From: Desulfobacca sp. | GTDB lineage: Bacteria; Desulfobacterota; Desulfobaccia; Desulfobaccales; Desulfobaccaceae | Assembly (NCBI GenBank): GCA_028695935.1 | Contig: JAQVHY010000001.1 | Location: forward strand, 1 to 62,962 | DNA: 62,962 nt | Reading direction: 5' to 3' | In this document: in pieces, positions 27,079-34,735 of the stretch | Layout: every line of letters begins with the position of its first letter | How positions within the stretch are numbered: position 1 is the stretch's first letter | Made by a program: the position numbers and the translations under genes | Notes under the pieces: generated by a model | Seen by the model: only the letters and a program-made list of their open reading frames with translations | Databases searched by the model: none | What the model was told of the DNA's origin: nothing

Positions 27079-28290
27079 ATGACCGACAGAGCTGAAGGCC
27101 AAGACCCGCGAGAATCGCTAGAGGGAGCGCAACCGGAGGAGCCTCTACACCCGGGCTGGCAAACCTTGGCCCAGGTATTTCAGAGCACCGAGCCATTTTG
27201 GGAAAGATTTCTTTATCTGCTGGGCTATGATTATTCTTGCAACGTTTATGTCATCAGAGGCGACTATTTGAGCGTGGTGGATCCGGGCAACGACTACACC
27301 ATGTTCATGGATCTGTTTCGCCTCGGTTACAAACCCACTGAGGTTAAAAAGATCGTTCTCACCCACGGGCACCGTGACCATGCCATGGGGGCCTTTGAGT
27401 TTATCAGATCGTACCCTAGCATTACCCAAACCGGCGGCTTTGAGCTCATCTTGCACCAGGAAAGTCCGGAGGTGCTGAAAAAAACCATCACCGATTTCGG
27501 CTGCCGCTATACCGAAGTCAAAGGTGGAGAAAGATTAGAGCTGAGCGGCCTGGAATGGGAAGTGATTTATACCCCCGGCCATACCGTTGACGGGATCACC
27601 CTTTATCATGCCCCCTCGAAAACTGCCATTACCGGTGATACGGTGTTGCCGCATGCCATGGCCGGACCGGACCAGAAGGCCGGGGGGCGGCTAGACCATT
27701 ATTTATTTGGAGTAAAAACCCTGCTCAAAAAAGATATTGCCCATGTCTTGCCGGGACATGGCCTACCGGTAAAGGATCTGGGCAATTTGGTGGTCGAACA
27801 GACCTACGAGAGCCTGATGCTCGAAGTTATTGGGGTGAAGGACAAAATTCCCTGGGTGGATGGCGCGGCCAAACTGGTTCAAAAGGGCCTGCTGGAAGAG
27901 GCGATATTTTGCTGCGGTAAAGAACTGGCCCGCGAACCGGAAAATATCACTGCCCTACAATTAAAGGCCTTCTGTCTGATCGATCTGAACCGGTGTGAGG
28001 AAGCGGTAGCCCTGCTTGAAAAAATCCTGGCGCAGCAACCAGACAATGCCCACGCCCTGACCGGCATGGGTCAGGCTTTACTGGGGCAAGGCCAACATGA
28101 CCAGAGCATCGCATATTTTAACCGGGCTTTAAATCTCAACCCCGACCTGAAAGAGGCCCAAATTTTTAAAGGTATGGCTTTATATCTGGCCGGGCGCTAT
28201 GACGAAGCCATGGATATCGAGGCCTTCAGCACCGAATTTGTCAGCCGCTTTAAGGAGCAATTGGCTGCCAAGGTCCAGCCGACAGAATAA
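27079..28290 (+). CDS. Metallo-beta-lactamase-fold hydrolase fused to C-terminal TPR repeats
   Basis: The HxHxDH motif is THGHRDHAMG, followed by TPGHT and GDT. The C-terminal ~130 aa hold TPR-like repeats (ALQLKAFCLIDLNRCEEAVALLEKILAQQPDNAHAL...). Confidence 0.8.
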   Translation: MTDRAEGQDPRESLEGAQPEEPLHPGWQTLAQVFQSTEPFWERFLYLLGYDYSCNVYVIRGDYLSVVDPGNDYTMFMDLFRLGYKPTEVKKIVLTHGHRDHAMGAFEFIRSYPSITQTGGFELILHQESPEVLKKTITDFGCRYTEVKGGERLELSGLEWEVIYTPGHTVDGITLYHAPSKTAITGDTVLPHAMAGPDQKAGGRLDHYLFGVKTLLKKDIAHVLPGHGLPVKDLGNLVVEQTYESLMLEVIGVKDKIPWVDGAAKLVQKGLLEEAIFCCGKELAREPENITALQLKAFCLIDLNRCEEAVALLEKILAQQPDNAHALTGMGQALLGQGQHDQSIAYFNRALNLNPDLKEAQIFKGMALYLAGRYDEAMDIEAFSTEFVSRFKEQLAAKVQPTE

Positions 28291-28409
28291 TCTCGGGCTG
28301 GCTCGCGTGCCATTTCGAAATCAGCCTTAAAGCATCAAAAGAATTGCCCAGGAATGGCGAGATCTGGGCCACGACGATAAATTCAGTCGTACTCGTAAGT
28401 CAGGCAGGG

Positions 28410-29261
28410 CTAACGATGGGCATGGAGCCAGGCCTTGAGGCCCAGCACCAAGTCATAGGTCAGATGGCGTTGATGAGGTCCTCTACCTAATTCTATGCCG
28501 GGTTTGTTGGCCCCGTGAAAATCCGAGCCCCCGGTTACTAACAGCCCCAGTTCCTTTGCTAGCTTGAGATAATCGGCTTGCCGGGTGGGGGAGTGTTCGG
28601 GATAGTAAACTTCCAGGCCGACCAGGCCCAGTTCCTGTAATTCCTGGAGCTGGCGTTTGAGTTGCTCCAGCCCTAATCCCAGGGTAAAGGGGTGAGCCAG
28701 GACCGGAATGCCGTGGGCCTGACGAATTAAGGCAATCGATTCCGCCGGGGACAGGCGAAATTTGGGCACATAGGCCGGTCCGCCCTGGCGCAGGTAGTGG
28801 TCAAAGGCCTCTTGCTGATCCTGGACATAACCTTTGACCACCAGGGCCCGAGCAATATGCGGTCGGCCGATCTGCCCCCCACCCGCCACCTGGAGAATGT
28901 CTTCCCAGGAAATTGACATTCCTAGTTGGTTTAATTTTTCGACGATACGCGGGTTACGCTCGGCCCGGGCCTTTTTCAATACCTGGAGACGCTGGTTAAA
29001 GGCAGAATCCTGGTAATCAATAAAATATCCCAGGATATGCATGGTGCCTTCGGGAAAATCGGCACTGATTTCGATTCCCGGGATTACCTCAATCCCCAAT
29101 TGCTCGCCGGTCTGAACAGCTTCAGCCACCCCATCAACGGTATCGTGATCGGTCAGGGCCATGGCCTTAAGACCACGCTCATGAGCCCTAGCTACTACTT
29201 CCCGTGGGCGGTAAGAGCCATCCGAGGCAGTAGAATGGGTATGTAAATCCACATAATCCAT
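28410..29261 (-). CDS. PHP-domain phosphoesterase (TrpH/YciV-like)
   Basis: MDYVDLHTHSTASDG...ALTDHDT..G...EIS....MHILGY...AHP...GLEVYY..H...GGSDFHG is the PHP metal-ligand pattern. Confidence 0.88.
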   Translation of the reverse strand: MDYVDLHTHSTASDGSYRPREVVARAHERGLKAMALTDHDTVDGVAEAVQTGEQLGIEVIPGIEISADFPEGTMHILGYFIDYQDSAFNQRLQVLKKARAERNPRIVEKLNQLGMSISWEDILQVAGGGQIGRPHIARALVVKGYVQDQQEAFDHYLRQGGPAYVPKFRLSPAESIALIRQAHGIPVLAHPFTLGLGLEQLKRQLQELQELGLVGLEVYYPEHSPTRQADYLKLAKELGLLVTGGSDFHGANKPGIELGRGPHQRHLTYDLVLGLKAWLHAHR

Positions 29262-29475
29262 AACCGCGCCTTACCCGTTAGCCTGGAAAATTAATCACTG
29301 GATCTAAACCCCGGCTTTTGGGGCCCCCACCAGCGCCACCGCTCCTGGGAGCCATCCTAAAAGTTTAATCTATAATTTTACCAGTTTTTCACCCCAATGG
29401 GTAAAAAGAGAGGGACTATGAAACCCTAAGGCCCCTGAAGCGCAAGCTTTCTTAGTGCCTTATGGTTTCATAAAT

Positions 29476-29580
29476 AATACAGTTTTTAGTTTTTAGTTTT
29501 TAGTTTTCTGTTGAAATGCTTAATCTGATCAATGCGTTAAGTGATGAGTTTGTCGCATTTGAATAAAAACTGGGTATAAG
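29476..29580 (+). repeat. Heptamer-array element, copy B
   Basis: AATACAGTTTT TAGTTTT TAGTTTT TAGTTTT CTGTTGAAATGCTTAATCTGATCAATGCGTTAAG...CGCATTTGAATAAAAACTGGGTATAAG. Confidence 0.85.
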
Positions 29581-29602
29581 TCTTTTTTTTCAATCTCAGG
29601 CC

Positions 29603-29638
29603 ATAAAAAACCCGGAGGCCGGGTTTCCAACCTCCGGG
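29603..29638 (-). terminator. Rho-independent terminator of the acyl-CoA synthetase gene
   Basis: The minus strand reads CCCGGAGG-TTGGAAACCCGG-CCTCCGGG followed by TTTTTTAT. It lies 17 nt after the stop at 29655. Confidence 0.8.
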
Positions 29639-29654
29639 TCTAAAAAATATAAGC

Positions 29655-31331
29655 TTAGGCCAGTCTGACCTTGTTGGGATACTCGTCGTAGAGCCGACGC
29701 ATATCCTTTTTGATCATCTTGCCGGTAGGAGTGCGCGGAATGGCTTCCAGGAACACCACTTCCCGGGGCAGCTTGTATTTGGCTAATACGTCAACCGTGG
29801 AATTAACAATTTCTCTGGCCAATTCTTCCGACGGCTTATGGCCAGGTTCCAGTTCGACCATGGCGGTGGTCCGCTGGCCGATGATTTCATCAGGAATACC
29901 GACCACGGCCGCGTCCCGGACGGCAGGATGGCGGATCAGGGCGTCTTCAATCTCGCTGGGGGCCAGACGGAAGCCGGAAGACTTGATCATATCATCTTCC
30001 CGGGCCTGGAAGTAGATATAGCCTTCTTTATCCATGTAAACGGCATCGCCCATCATATTATAGCCGTCCTTGATGCCCTTCTTCATGGTCTTCAAGAGTT
30101 TGTTTTCCTGGATGTACGGCTTCCAGTAGATCGTGCCGGTGGGGCCTTTGACCAGCATGCTGCCCACTTCGCCCGGGGAGCATTCTTTGCCGTCAACATT
30201 GACCACTTTGACCTCAAAACCAGGCAGCGCCTTACCGATGGAGTCGGGCACGGGGAACTTGCCCATGGTGTTCGAGGTTACCAGGTGGACCATTTCGGTC
30301 GCCCCCAGCCCTTCCCAGATGGGCATGCCGGTCTTGTCTTGCCAGGCGGCCAGGGTCTTACCGGTCAGGGCATCGCCACCAGTGGTGTACATCCGCACAC
30401 TGGAGCGGTCATAATCATCAAAATTGGGCATTTCCAGCAGCTTCCGGTAGGCAGTGGGTAAGCCGGTGACCACATTAACCTTGTGTTTCTGGATAATACC
30501 CATCATGTCGTCGGGGGTGAACTTGGGTAACAGCGAGATGGTGGCCCCCGCCGCAAAGGGGATTAAGCAGAAAGTGCCATAGCCCGCGGCAAAGGAGACC
30601 GGCGCCGAACCGCCGAGCACTTCTCCGGGTTGGAGCTTATAGACATATTTATTAACTAAATGGGATTCGACCAGCACCTCTTTGACAAAATGGACGCAAC
30701 CCTTAGGCTGTCCGGTAGTCCCGGAGGTATAAAGAATGACGCCGATGTCATCCATATTGAGTTTATAGTTTTCAAAAGTATCAGAAGCTTTAGCCATCAG
30801 CTCTTCAAAGCACAGATATCCCTTGGCCTTGACTGCATCGGCAGCGCCTCCCACTACGATGATCTTAGTGGAAAACTGGAATTCGTGCTTCCCCTCTTCT
30901 ACCGCTGGCATCAGGGGGGCGCTGACCGCAAACGCCGCAAATTCAGCATTATTTAAAGTAAAAGAGATCTCTTCCTTAGCCCATAGCGGAGATACTGGCA
31001 CCGGGATGGCCCCGACTTTCTGAATGCCAAAATTGATGGCTACCGCCTGGGGAGTGTTGGTCATCCGGATGCCCACCCGGTCCTGAGCTACCACGCCCAG
31101 CTCTTTCAGAATATTGGCAACCTTGTTAGCATTTTGCATAAGTTGTTTATAAGTGACCTTCGTGTCGCCAAACAGAATGGCAACGTTATCGCCTCGACCC
31201 TCTTTGACATGCTTATCGAGAAATTCCTCGGCAATGTTTGCCTGGTCAGGCAGTTTGAACTCTTCCGGTATTGGTTCATTAGGCCAGAGTTCTTTGGGGG
31301 GTAAATAATCTGCAGGAATCTCTTTCTTCAT
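29655..31331 (-). CDS. AMP-forming acyl-CoA synthetase (benzoate/aryl-carboxylate-CoA ligase-like)
   Basis: The AMP-binding motif is LYTSGTTGQPKG, followed by YGTFC.., TGD and a C-terminal PRTPTGK.IK. The ORF is 558 aa with an AAGGAGG SD. Confidence 0.85.
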   Translation of the reverse strand: MKKEIPADYLPPKELWPNEPIPEEFKLPDQANIAEEFLDKHVKEGRGDNVAILFGDTKVTYKQLMQNANKVANILKELGVVAQDRVGIRMTNTPQAVAINFGIQKVGAIPVPVSPLWAKEEISFTLNNAEFAAFAVSAPLMPAVEEGKHEFQFSTKIIVVGGAADAVKAKGYLCFEELMAKASDTFENYKLNMDDIGVILYTSGTTGQPKGCVHFVKEVLVESHLVNKYVYKLQPGEVLGGSAPVSFAAGYGTFCLIPFAAGATISLLPKFTPDDMMGIIQKHKVNVVTGLPTAYRKLLEMPNFDDYDRSSVRMYTTGGDALTGKTLAAWQDKTGMPIWEGLGATEMVHLVTSNTMGKFPVPDSIGKALPGFEVKVVNVDGKECSPGEVGSMLVKGPTGTIYWKPYIQENKLLKTMKKGIKDGYNMMGDAVYMDKEGYIYFQAREDDMIKSSGFRLAPSEIEDALIRHPAVRDAAVVGIPDEIIGQRTTAMVELEPGHKPSEELAREIVNSTVDVLAKYKLPREVVFLEAIPRTPTGKMIKKDMRRLYDEYPNKVRLA

Positions 31332-31595
31332 AAGCCTTAACCTCCTTGGTGGATTGATTAAATAATGATTTTTTTAGCCCTGTTATAGTTATACTAAATC
31401 ATGTGAATGCTATAACAATCTTTGGCCTTTGTCAAGAAATTTGCAAGGCCTTGGCTTGCCAAAGGAAAGATATCTGCTATTTCCTCACGAAAAACGGAGA
31501 TTATGGGCCGGTCGACCAAAAGTGGAGAACCATATCGGCTTGGCCAGTGCAGCAGTTACTTGTAAGTGTTAAGAAAAAAATATCACCTAGATCTT

Positions 31596-31629
31596 AAAGA
31601 TCAGGCCTTCCTCAGGAGGCCCGATCTTT
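31596..31629 (-). terminator. 13-bp hairpin between the porin and acyl-CoA synthetase genes (possible terminator/attenuator)
   Basis: AAAGATCAGGCCT / AGGCCCGATCTTT with one G.U pair. T-runs lie 7 nt (+ strand) and about 15 nt (- strand) beyond the stem. Confidence 0.4.
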
Positions 31630-31651
31630 AATCAGGTTTTTTTTGATCAGC

Positions 31652-33274
31652 TTAAAAGAGCCAATAAGCGGTGAGGCGGAAGCGGTTATCCTCTTGATTG
31701 CTGCCGCCGTAAAACTCGCGGATCAGGCGGCTGTAATCAACCTGGTATTTTTGGTTGTGGCCATTGACATAGAGGTTGAGGCCGGCAGTATATTCCCGCA
31801 AAATTCCTTCCCGGGCGAAGTTACCGGCCTGATCAACCTGGACCAGATAATTGGTCTGGTTGGCATCGGTAGCTAAGAAGCTCCAGGTATAAGGATTGTC
31901 AGCGTTCTGCACCCGGTTGGCATAGGCATAACGGACCACCGCCTCCAAGCGCTGGGGCAGGATAAAATAGCCGCCCGCAACATACCAGGCCTCGCGATGG
32001 CCAGTACGGTGGCCCTGCCCTAACTGACCGGGAATAAAGACGTTGGGCCGGAATTCGGTAAAGGTTTCCCGGGCCCATTCCGCCTGCAAAGAAAAGCCAT
32101 GCCACTTGAACACCGCCGCTAGATCAAAGCCATGATTAGCGGTATCGTAAGTTTCTTGGGGTAGGGCATCTCCTGTAACTGGATCACGACCGGGGCGGTT
32201 AGATCTATTTTTATCCCGGTTGGTGAACAGCGACCCCAACACATAAAACATCGGCCAGCCGGTGTGATTTTTATAATCACCTTGCATAAATAGCTCGGCA
32301 TCATCCGGACCGCCATTGGGTAAGGGGGCAAATAGCAACCGACCGGTATATAAAAATTCCGCGTCATTCATATTGTCGGTGCCGCGGGTATTGGGACCGT
32401 TCCAGATTCCCGCCCAATAGCGCAGGTTGCGCGGCGCCCAGAGATCAAGATCGCCCATGAGCATGAAGCCTTGGGAGCGGTAGACATTGAAGCCGCCGGT
32501 GTTATATCTATTGTTGCCAATCCCGGTGGAACCCGCCGGACCGTTGAACTCGGCATTACCCCCGGGCCAGGGTTGGTCGGTCTCCCCGGAAAAGATAGAA
32601 CGCTCGACAAAGTTTAAGCCCCAGCCGGATTGCCAGAATTCCAGACCATAAGCGACCTTACCGCGGCCGATCCAGGGCTGTAAGTACTTTAAGCCGGAAT
32701 AATAAACATAGGCATCATGGACATTGACTTGCTGGTTAGGTTCCAACTGGATGTGAAACATGTAATTAAGATCTTTATCAAAGGCATTGCCGTCAAAGAA
32801 TAACCGGAGGCGGCGGAATTTGAAATAGGCATTACTGGAGGTGTCCCGCAGCGTGCGATCCGCCGCGATCACACTTTTGTCGCGGTTTAAATAGGTGTAT
32901 CGGGGCTGGAGACCGAGGCGGATGCGCATCTTAAACTTGTCATCCGGGGTCTGCATGAAAAAGCCTTTCTTATACCCCACCTCGACCTTGGGCTTGGGCA
33001 CTGCCTTTTTAGCTTCCTTAATGGCTTCGGCCTTGGCTTCTTGCTTAATTTGCTCTAACTCTTGAGCCCGTTCCGCGGCCTCCCGGCTCTGGCGGGCCCG
33101 ATCCAACTGCTCAGCCTTTTCCTTTAATTTCTGGGCCTTGTCTGGTGTAATGACCTTTTCTTCCACCAATAGGTCCAATAAGTCCTCAGCATTGATGGCT
33201 AGAGCTGATCGGACCGGAAAAATTAGAACTAAAATTAATAGACCTACTCCCCACAACTTCGGCCAGGCTCGCAT
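31652..33274 (-). CDS. Outer-membrane porin (phosphate-selective porin O/P-like) with N-terminal coiled-coil
   Basis: The signal peptide is MRAWPKLWGVGLLILVLIFPVRSALA, followed by a charged coiled-coil segment. The body is aromatic/Gly-rich beta-strand and ends ...FRLTAYWLF. An AAGGAG SD is present. Confidence 0.75.
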   Translation of the reverse strand: MRAWPKLWGVGLLILVLIFPVRSALAINAEDLLDLLVEEKVITPDKAQKLKEKAEQLDRARQSREAAERAQELEQIKQEAKAEAIKEAKKAVPKPKVEVGYKKGFFMQTPDDKFKMRIRLGLQPRYTYLNRDKSVIAADRTLRDTSSNAYFKFRRLRLFFDGNAFDKDLNYMFHIQLEPNQQVNVHDAYVYYSGLKYLQPWIGRGKVAYGLEFWQSGWGLNFVERSIFSGETDQPWPGGNAEFNGPAGSTGIGNNRYNTGGFNVYRSQGFMLMGDLDLWAPRNLRYWAGIWNGPNTRGTDNMNDAEFLYTGRLLFAPLPNGGPDDAELFMQGDYKNHTGWPMFYVLGSLFTNRDKNRSNRPGRDPVTGDALPQETYDTANHGFDLAAVFKWHGFSLQAEWARETFTEFRPNVFIPGQLGQGHRTGHREAWYVAGGYFILPQRLEAVVRYAYANRVQNADNPYTWSFLATDANQTNYLVQVDQAGNFAREGILREYTAGLNLYVNGHNQKYQVDYSRLIREFYGGSNQEDNRFRLTAYWLF

Positions 33275-33454
33275 GCTAATTACTCCTTTCCCCTTGATAT
33301 CAAAAATTCCCCCTAACCAGGCGCCGGATAAATTGGCCCCAGTTTATCTCATAAAACCATAAGCCTTAAAGAACGAAGGTAACATCGAAATCCAAAATGA
33401 GGATGGCTAGGATTTTTGTCCCGAGGTTATTCTGGGTAAAACATTCTTATTTTT

Positions 33455-33470
33455 AGCAACCAGTGTGCCA
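33455..33470 (-). promoter_or_regulatory. Sigma-54 (-24/-12) promoter TGGCAC-ACTGG-TTGCT
   Basis: The minus strand reads TGGCACACTGGTTGCT, a perfect match to TGGCAC-N5-TTGCW. It lies ~180 nt upstream of the porin ATG (33274). Confidence 0.8.
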
Positions 33471-33647
33471 TGCCGGGGGAGTGGATAAATTTAGTTACCG
33501 TCCTATAATCATTATACTTTAATCAGGACCGCTAAACTTCCCGGCAGGTTTGCTGCCGCTTCCCTGCCAGGTTTTTTGCTAGATTGTAAAATTAAATTAC
33601 TGGAGCCGAACTTATAACAGGTTGCGTTCAAAAAAATAATGTAACCG

Positions 33648-33725
33648 TCGGGGCAAATTCATTGCGCCCTAAAGGGCTTGATAAATCAAGCCCCTCCAAT
33701 GAGAATATTCCCTTTTTGATAACAA
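33648..33725 (+). repeat. Double-hairpin interspersed repeat, copy 3 of 3
   Basis: GGGGCAAATTCATTGCGCCCTAAAGGGCTTGATAAATCAAGCCCCTCCAATGAGAATATTCCCTTTTTGATAAC. Confidence 0.85.
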
Positions 33726-33853
33726 CTTGGTATTACGCCCAAGAGAAGGCTATCCGAGCCCAGGGGTGGACAGCAGGATATTACGGTTTCGTAGTGATAT
33801 CGATCCCCGCCTGTGAGGGTGGAATAACCTAAAAGTGGACGTTATTACCTCAT

Positions 33854-34483
33854 CTAGGCGGTTTTGAGTTTGCGCGGTGGAACCTGCCGGGCGATGGCTT
33901 CCTGGCCGAGTTGGAAGGCCCGCAGATTGGTGTCCACATGCTTCGGGGGAGTGCGGGTAGCGATGACCCCGGCGATGATTTTTCCAGGAAAAGGCAGACG
34001 GCCGGTTTGGGCCAGTGCTCCCAACAGCACCATATTGACGGCCAGGGAACTGCCGGCCTGCTGAGCCAAGGTCTCGGCGCCCAGGGTCAAAAGCTGCCCC
34101 ACTTGCGGGGCAATCAACTCCATTAGGCGTTCGACCGCGGGGTAATGAGCCTGACCGATGGCCACGGAGTAGGGGATGATGGCGGCGGTGTTGGTAATTA
34201 CCACGGTTTGGGAGTGACAGCGGCTTAAGGCCCGGAAGGCCTCCAAGGCCTCAAAACTCACCACTATATCGGCTTCTCCAGGCGAAATAATCGGGCTGGC
34301 CAGTGCCCCGATAATCACCGTCGAAGTCACTACCCCGCCCCGTTGAGCCATACCATGAGTCTCGCTGACCAGAACCGCATAGCCTGCGGTCATGGCCGCC
34401 TCCCCCAACACTCTGGAGGCCAGCAAGGTTCCCTGACCGCCAACCCCGGTAAAATAAATTTTTAGTTGAACTGAGTCATTCAT
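33854..34483 (-). CDS. iorB: Indolepyruvate:ferredoxin oxidoreductase subunit beta
   Basis: KIYFTGVGGQGTLLASRVLGEAAM...ETHGMAQRGG. The ORF is 209 aa and lies downstream of iorA. Confidence 0.88.
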   Translation of the reverse strand: MNDSVQLKIYFTGVGGQGTLLASRVLGEAAMTAGYAVLVSETHGMAQRGGVVTSTVIIGALASPIISPGEADIVVSFEALEAFRALSRCHSQTVVITNTAAIIPYSVAIGQAHYPAVERLMELIAPQVGQLLTLGAETLAQQAGSSLAVNMVLLGALAQTGRLPFPGKIIAGVIATRTPPKHVDTNLRAFQLGQEAIARQVPPRKLKTA

Positions 34484-34489
34484 GACACT

Positions 34490-34516
34490 GATCTATTTGA
34501 TCTATTTGATCTATTT
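34490..34516. repeat. Perfect 9-bp tandem repeat GATCTATTT x3 abutting the iorB start codon
   Basis: Read directly from the sequence. It ends 6 nt from the iorB ATG (minus strand: AAATAGATC x3 - AGTGTC - ATG). Confidence 0.9.
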
Positions 34517-34562
34517 GGGAAATTATCTTCTTACGCCCGACCTGGGTTAAAGTTACCAAGTC

Positions 34563-34685
34563 TTCATACGAAAACTCCCCCGCCCCTGGTGGGAGGGGGT
34601 TGGGGGGAGGGGGTATAAATTTCAAGATACTGAGATTAGATAATATTTTTCACCCCCACCCTACCCCCCATCAAGGGGAAAAGAA
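34563..34685 (+). repeat. G/C-run interspersed element, copy 1 (full length), inserted between iorA and iorB
   Basis: TTCATACGAAAACTCCCCCGCCCCTGGTGGGAGGGGGTTGGGGGGAGGGGGTATAAATTTCAAGATACTGAGATTAGATAATATTTTTCACCCCCACCCTACCCCCCATCAAGGGGAA. It aligns with the reverse complement of 40548-40678. Confidence 0.85.
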
Positions 34686-34735
34686 CAAAGGTTTAGGATG
34701 GATACTAGATAGTAAACTGACTCCCCCTATAGACG

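Noticed and set aside
31332-31651. Sigma-54 promoter for the acyl-CoA synthetase gene (TTGGCAAGCCAAGGCCTTGCA on the minus strand)
   Set aside because: GG to GC spacing is 14 nt instead of 10. The region fits better as a sigma-70-like TTGACA plus TATAGC pair with a nearby imperfect palindrome, possibly a repressor operator.
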